Shown: in pieces, positions 59,671 to 64,000 of the stretch
Layout: the number at the start of each line of letters is the position of its first letter
Position numbering within the stretch: the first letter of the stretch is position 1
NCBI GenBank assembly: GCA_002269645.1
Contig: NIVC01000496.1
Coordinates: forward strand, 1-64,000
Direction: 5' to 3'
From: Macrostomum lignano
Lineage: Eukaryota
Length of the DNA: 64,000 bases
Notes under the pieces: model-generated
Database searches by the model: none
The model's input: the letters and a program-made list of their open reading frames with translations, nothing else
Told to the model about the DNA's origin: nothing
Position numbers and translations under genes: made by a program

Positions 59671-60285
59671 TCACTGGGCATTCAGACAGGCCAATAAAAA
59701 TACATAATAAACATGCACTGGTTGTCTAACTAATGAAATTTTCATTAAGGTTTGGCTTTACAAAATTCAAGTTGTTCAATGCAGTGCAATACAAAAAAAC
59801 CATACTCTACACTCTATGATAATTTCTGGAAATACTTTGGAATCAGGACTGCAAATCTCACAACCCACTATAGATTATTTTTATGTATATAATAATGTAG
59901 ATGTCCCAAAAAGGTCAAATTCGAATCCAAAACTGCACAAAACTTATCTACTCTTATTTCCTAGCAACTAAATATGCATGTTGTATATTGGATAATAACT
60001 ACACAATTAAGTAGCAACAGACACCTTTATTTGTTTTTTATTATGTTTTTCTCACTTATTTCTTATGCATTTTATTGATTTTTATCTCTTTTCATTCTAA
60101 TTGGCTATCTTTCTACCTCCCTATCTTTATTATTACACTTTGCCTTCTGGTTATATCTCCTACCTATTCCCCATTGCATATCCTGATTTGTTTTCCTTAT
60201 TATTTTCTATACTCCTTGTGCTTTCATGCTCCAATTATTTACCCCTCTTATGTCTTATTATGCAAATACCTCTCTCTAAGTCAAA

Positions 60286-63200
60286 TGTCATAAATATATA
60301 TATGCGCAATATCTTGACAAGACAAGATTCGAGACAAGATCCTGACATTTTTTCTTGTCTCAAGAAGTCTTAATGTGGCAAAGTGCCACTGGACTGATCT
60401 GAGGTTGCTTGGGGGTGTCGGGTTGCATGGGCACATTGATTTGTATATACACCTCATTGATTGCTCATCCTCGCGTGTACATATATCGGGTACTAATATA
60501 CGTTGTGCTTATTAAATATATATGTGCGTGCACTAACAAGCAGTCGCTCAAGTTTTCTTGAGAAGTTCTAACTTACTTAACCAGTGGAGTCCATGTGAGT
60601 TATTACAGTGGCAATGAGGAAATCTTAATGGCTTTTAAATTTGATGTTTTTGACATTGCTGTTGAATCCTGGCCTGAGTATCAGGAATGCCTTGAGCAAC
60701 ATTTCCTAGCCAATGACAACATTTCAACCCAAAGCTGTTAGAAATTGTGCAGCTGAGAGCTTCATGTTCTACAACTGCATTCGTCAGTTGGATGAGTCTG
60801 TGTCTGTGTACATAGCAGAGCTTAGGAAGCTGTCCAAGCACTCCAACTTTGGCACCATGCTGGACAACATGCTGTATGATACCCTTGTCTATGGCATAAA
60901 TGACCAGCAGATTCAGCACTAGCTTCTATCTTAGGCATCTCTGATGCTGCAGTCTACCACAGACATTGCACTCACTAACAAGTTGGCCGCGGGCTTCTGT
61001 AAGGTTCTCTGCGCGACTGGAGAGACAAATAGATAGCCGGATGATGCTGTGCAGCAGGTGCCTGTCATCTTGACACCTTCCTAGCCAATGTTCATTTCTA
61101 AACAGGCGCTGTTTCAACTGCAACAAGACTAGGCACGCAAGCAACTGCATCAGCCGCATCAGCAGCAGCATCAGCAATCTCACCAGGTCGAGGAAGGAAG
61201 CGATCAGGAGTTGCCAGAACTGCCTAATCCCTCTATCACATTGGCAATGCAAAGAAGCCAAGTAAAGTCCTGCACTACACAACTCGTCTGCTGATTGACG
61301 GGAAGGACTACAAGATAGAAATCAACACTAGCATCTCCATGTCATTGGTCTCCGAGCAAACATATTGCCAGAAGCTTTTGAGCGAACCTCAGCTGGAATC
61401 AACCAACATCCATCTCAACACATATTCAGGCCAAGCTGTCGAGATTCTAGGCAGACTGATTGTCAATGTCAAAGTAGCGGCACAAGACAGTCACTTGCAG
61501 CTGCCACTGCTAGTTGTGATGGGCAGCGGACCAAATCTCCTTAGCAGGGACTGGCTGCACAGCCTGCGCCTGGACTGGCAGTCAGTTCAATGACTGTCCT
61601 CAATGGCTTCCGACATCGAACAAGTGCAGCGCGTGTTCCCCGAGGTATTCAGGGAACTAGGGACATTCAACGGGGCCCCTCTATCCATTGCCATCAAGGA
61701 AGGAGTGTGTCCTTGGTTTTTCAAGGCCTGCACCATGCCTTTTGCATTGAAAGATAAGGTGGAGCAGCAACTATGCAAGGAGATCAGCCAGAGGATTCTG
61801 CAACTGGTAAAGTCATCCAACTAGGCATCGCCGATTGTCCCTGTGATAAAGTCTGACAGCAGGCTCTAGGTGTGCGCCAACTTCAAGCAGACTATGAACG
61901 CCACTGTAGAACTGGACAACTACCTGCTGCCAAATATTGACGAGCTCTTTTCACAACTATCAGGTAGGAAAAAGTTCTCGAAGATCGATCTCAGCCAGGC
62001 ATTTCAACAGCTTCTGTTGGACGAGGCTGCACAAAAGTTGTGCACTATCACTATCTCACTGGGGCTACTATGCTATACACAACTGCTGTTTGGGGTTTCA
62101 ATGACTCCTAGTATGTTCCAACGTGTCATGGACAGTCTATTCATTGGCATCAAGCACTGCGCAGCCTTCATGGACAACATTATTGTTACTGGTCAAGATG
62201 AAGCAAGTCATTTGAGGAACCTGCGAAAAGTCCTGACTGTGTTTAAGGACACGGGACTCACTTGTGACACAAAGAAGTGTACCTTTATGCAAAACTCAGT
62301 GGTCTGTCTACCTTGGCCATCTAATTGATGCTAAAGGCTTGCATCTTCTGCAAGATAAGGTGGAAGCAATCATCTCGGCACCACAGCTACAGAACTGTAT
62401 AGCTTTCTTGAACTAGTCAATTATTATAGCAAATTCTTTCCGCAGCTGTCTGACACTCTGGGGCTGTTGCACCTGCTGCTCAACAAGGACACTAAGTGGC
62501 ACTGGGACCAACCATAGGAGGAGGCGTTTGCCAAGTTTAAGTGTCTGCTGTCTGACCCTGGGGTCCTAGTGCACTACAACGCATCTCGCGAACTCTTCTT
62601 AGAATGTGATGCCTCCAAGTATGGCCTGGGTGCCGTCATCTTCTACCGCATTGACAACTTAAACAGACCTATTGCTTATGCTTCTAGAATGTTGAGCGCA
62701 GCCAAGTGCAACTACTGTTAGCTGGAGAAGGAGGCCCTAGCCCTGGTATTTGGGGTGAAGAAATTTCATCACTACTTGCTTGGCAGAGAGTTTGGGCTTC
62801 TCACCAACCACAGGCCTCTCCTAGGGCTGCTTGGCCAGGACAAGCTGATCCCAGCTCTGGTGTCTGGAAGAGTGCAACGCTGGGCGCTCCTGCTGTTGGC
62901 CTACTGCTACCACCTGGTTCACCAGAAGGGCTCTTCCCTGCTGAGAGCCAATGCTTTGAGCCGCCTACCGTTGCCCGAGTGCCTTGCTGCTATGCCCGTC
63001 ACTCCAGAGGTGGCTCTGGTAATAGACAACCTGGACTTCTCTCTTGTCTCCTCAGCTGACGTGCGTACATGGACTCAATGGGATCCGCAGCTGTCGCAGG
63101 TTGTCCACTTCTGCCTATCTGGACGCTGGCCGGAGCCAGTCCTGTCTGAGTTGTTGCCCTTCAGCATCAGGGCTCATGAACTGTTAGTGTATAATGGCTG

Positions 63201-63575
63201 TCTCCTTTGGGGTAGCTGCATAGTGATCCCTCTTACCAGCTGGCACCAGCTGCTGCAATGTCTCTATCAAGGCCTCCCAGACGCTAAGTGTATGAAGGCA
63301 CTTGCCAGGAGCAGCATCTAGTGGCCCAACATGGACAAGGAAATTGAGGGGTCAGCCACTGGCTGCATGGAGTGCCAGCAACTATATCTAGATCTGCCTG
63401 TGGTGCTGCTTCTGTCGTGGCCAGCCTCAGCCACACATTGGCAATGTGTCCATATGAACTTTGTCGGCCCTATAAACAACTGCATGCTATTTGTCATCAT
63501 GGATGCATTTTCAAAGTGGCTAGATATCCATGTCATGAATTCAACAACTTTGGCTGCTACTATTGACAAGTTGAT
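60286..63575 (+). mobile_element. Decayed Ty3/Gypsy LTR retrotransposon: putative 5' LTR 60286-60607, PBS-like, gag-PR-RT-RH, truncated integrase
   Basis: TG...CA LTR-like segment followed by GTGGCAATGAGG. Gag ESVSVYIAELRKL; RT FSKIDLSQAF..FQRVMD..FMDNI; RH ECDASKYGLGAV..EKEALALVFGVKKFHHYL; IN W..VH.NFVGP..DAFSKW. Many stops and frameshifts; no 3' LTR in the window. Confidence 0.9.
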
Positions 63576-64000
63576 ATATATATATATTATAAGTTACTTA
63601 GGCTCCACTTATAAGCTTAAGTTGATAGGCTTTTTATGCTAAAAACTGAAAACTTCTTATTTTATCATTATATATATACAAATAGAATGTTTCAAACTAT
63701 GCTTATGGCTAGCCTATAGACGGTATTTGATAACCAAGCATAAAAAATAACCACTGCCTTGGCTTTACACATTATTTTTTAATTTAGTTTTCTACAAAGC
63801 AACAACCTTTTAAAGTTTAAAATTCTAGTTTTATATTGATTGACCAATTAATTTGATACATTGATAATGATATGATTTCCTTATAGAAATTTAGATTGCC
63901 TAGAAATTTAAAATAAATGTGTTAGGCCTATAAAGATACTCAATTTAGTAGTATAAGCCTATTTTAACCATATTTTGATAAGTTTATGCAGCTACATTTT

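Overview
This is animal genomic DNA. GC-rich, intron-split genes with a tandem minisatellite in most introns alternate with AT-rich, repeat-filled spacers; this style suggests a Macrostomum-like flatworm (inference). Genes supported by hand-assembled splice junctions, in order: a truncated possible CDS (1-329, -); a SAXO/MAP6-type axonemal microtubule-binding gene with two RFX X-boxes upstream (3622-4932, -); a divergent Wee1/Myt1-family kinase (6399-8359, -); the AMPK catalytic alpha subunit (27373-32139, +); a signal/TM-anchored JmjC-type protein (32994-35060, -); a 30-exon, ~2450-aa polycystin-1-like gene (36824-56771, +); and Rab2 lacking its first exon (58092-59468, -). The polycystin has a signal peptide, an extracellular PLAT-like domain, 13 TSP1 repeats, a GAIN region whose GPS lacks Cys and the H-L-T/S site, a hexa-Arg stretch, and an 11-TM PLAT/polycystin channel module. 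An intact, 5'-truncated LINE sits inside its penultimate coding exon with a 6-bp TSD. The 8.5-27 kb spacer holds several MITEs and a 4.2-kb non-autonomous TIR element (10-bp TSD) carrying a 197-bp satellite, a LINE remnant and a foldback element. A CpG-decayed Gypsy element closes the window. Several intronic arrays are tandem copies of the exon end plus its 5' splice site. Three or four single-base frame discontinuities look like homopolymer deletions in the assembly.
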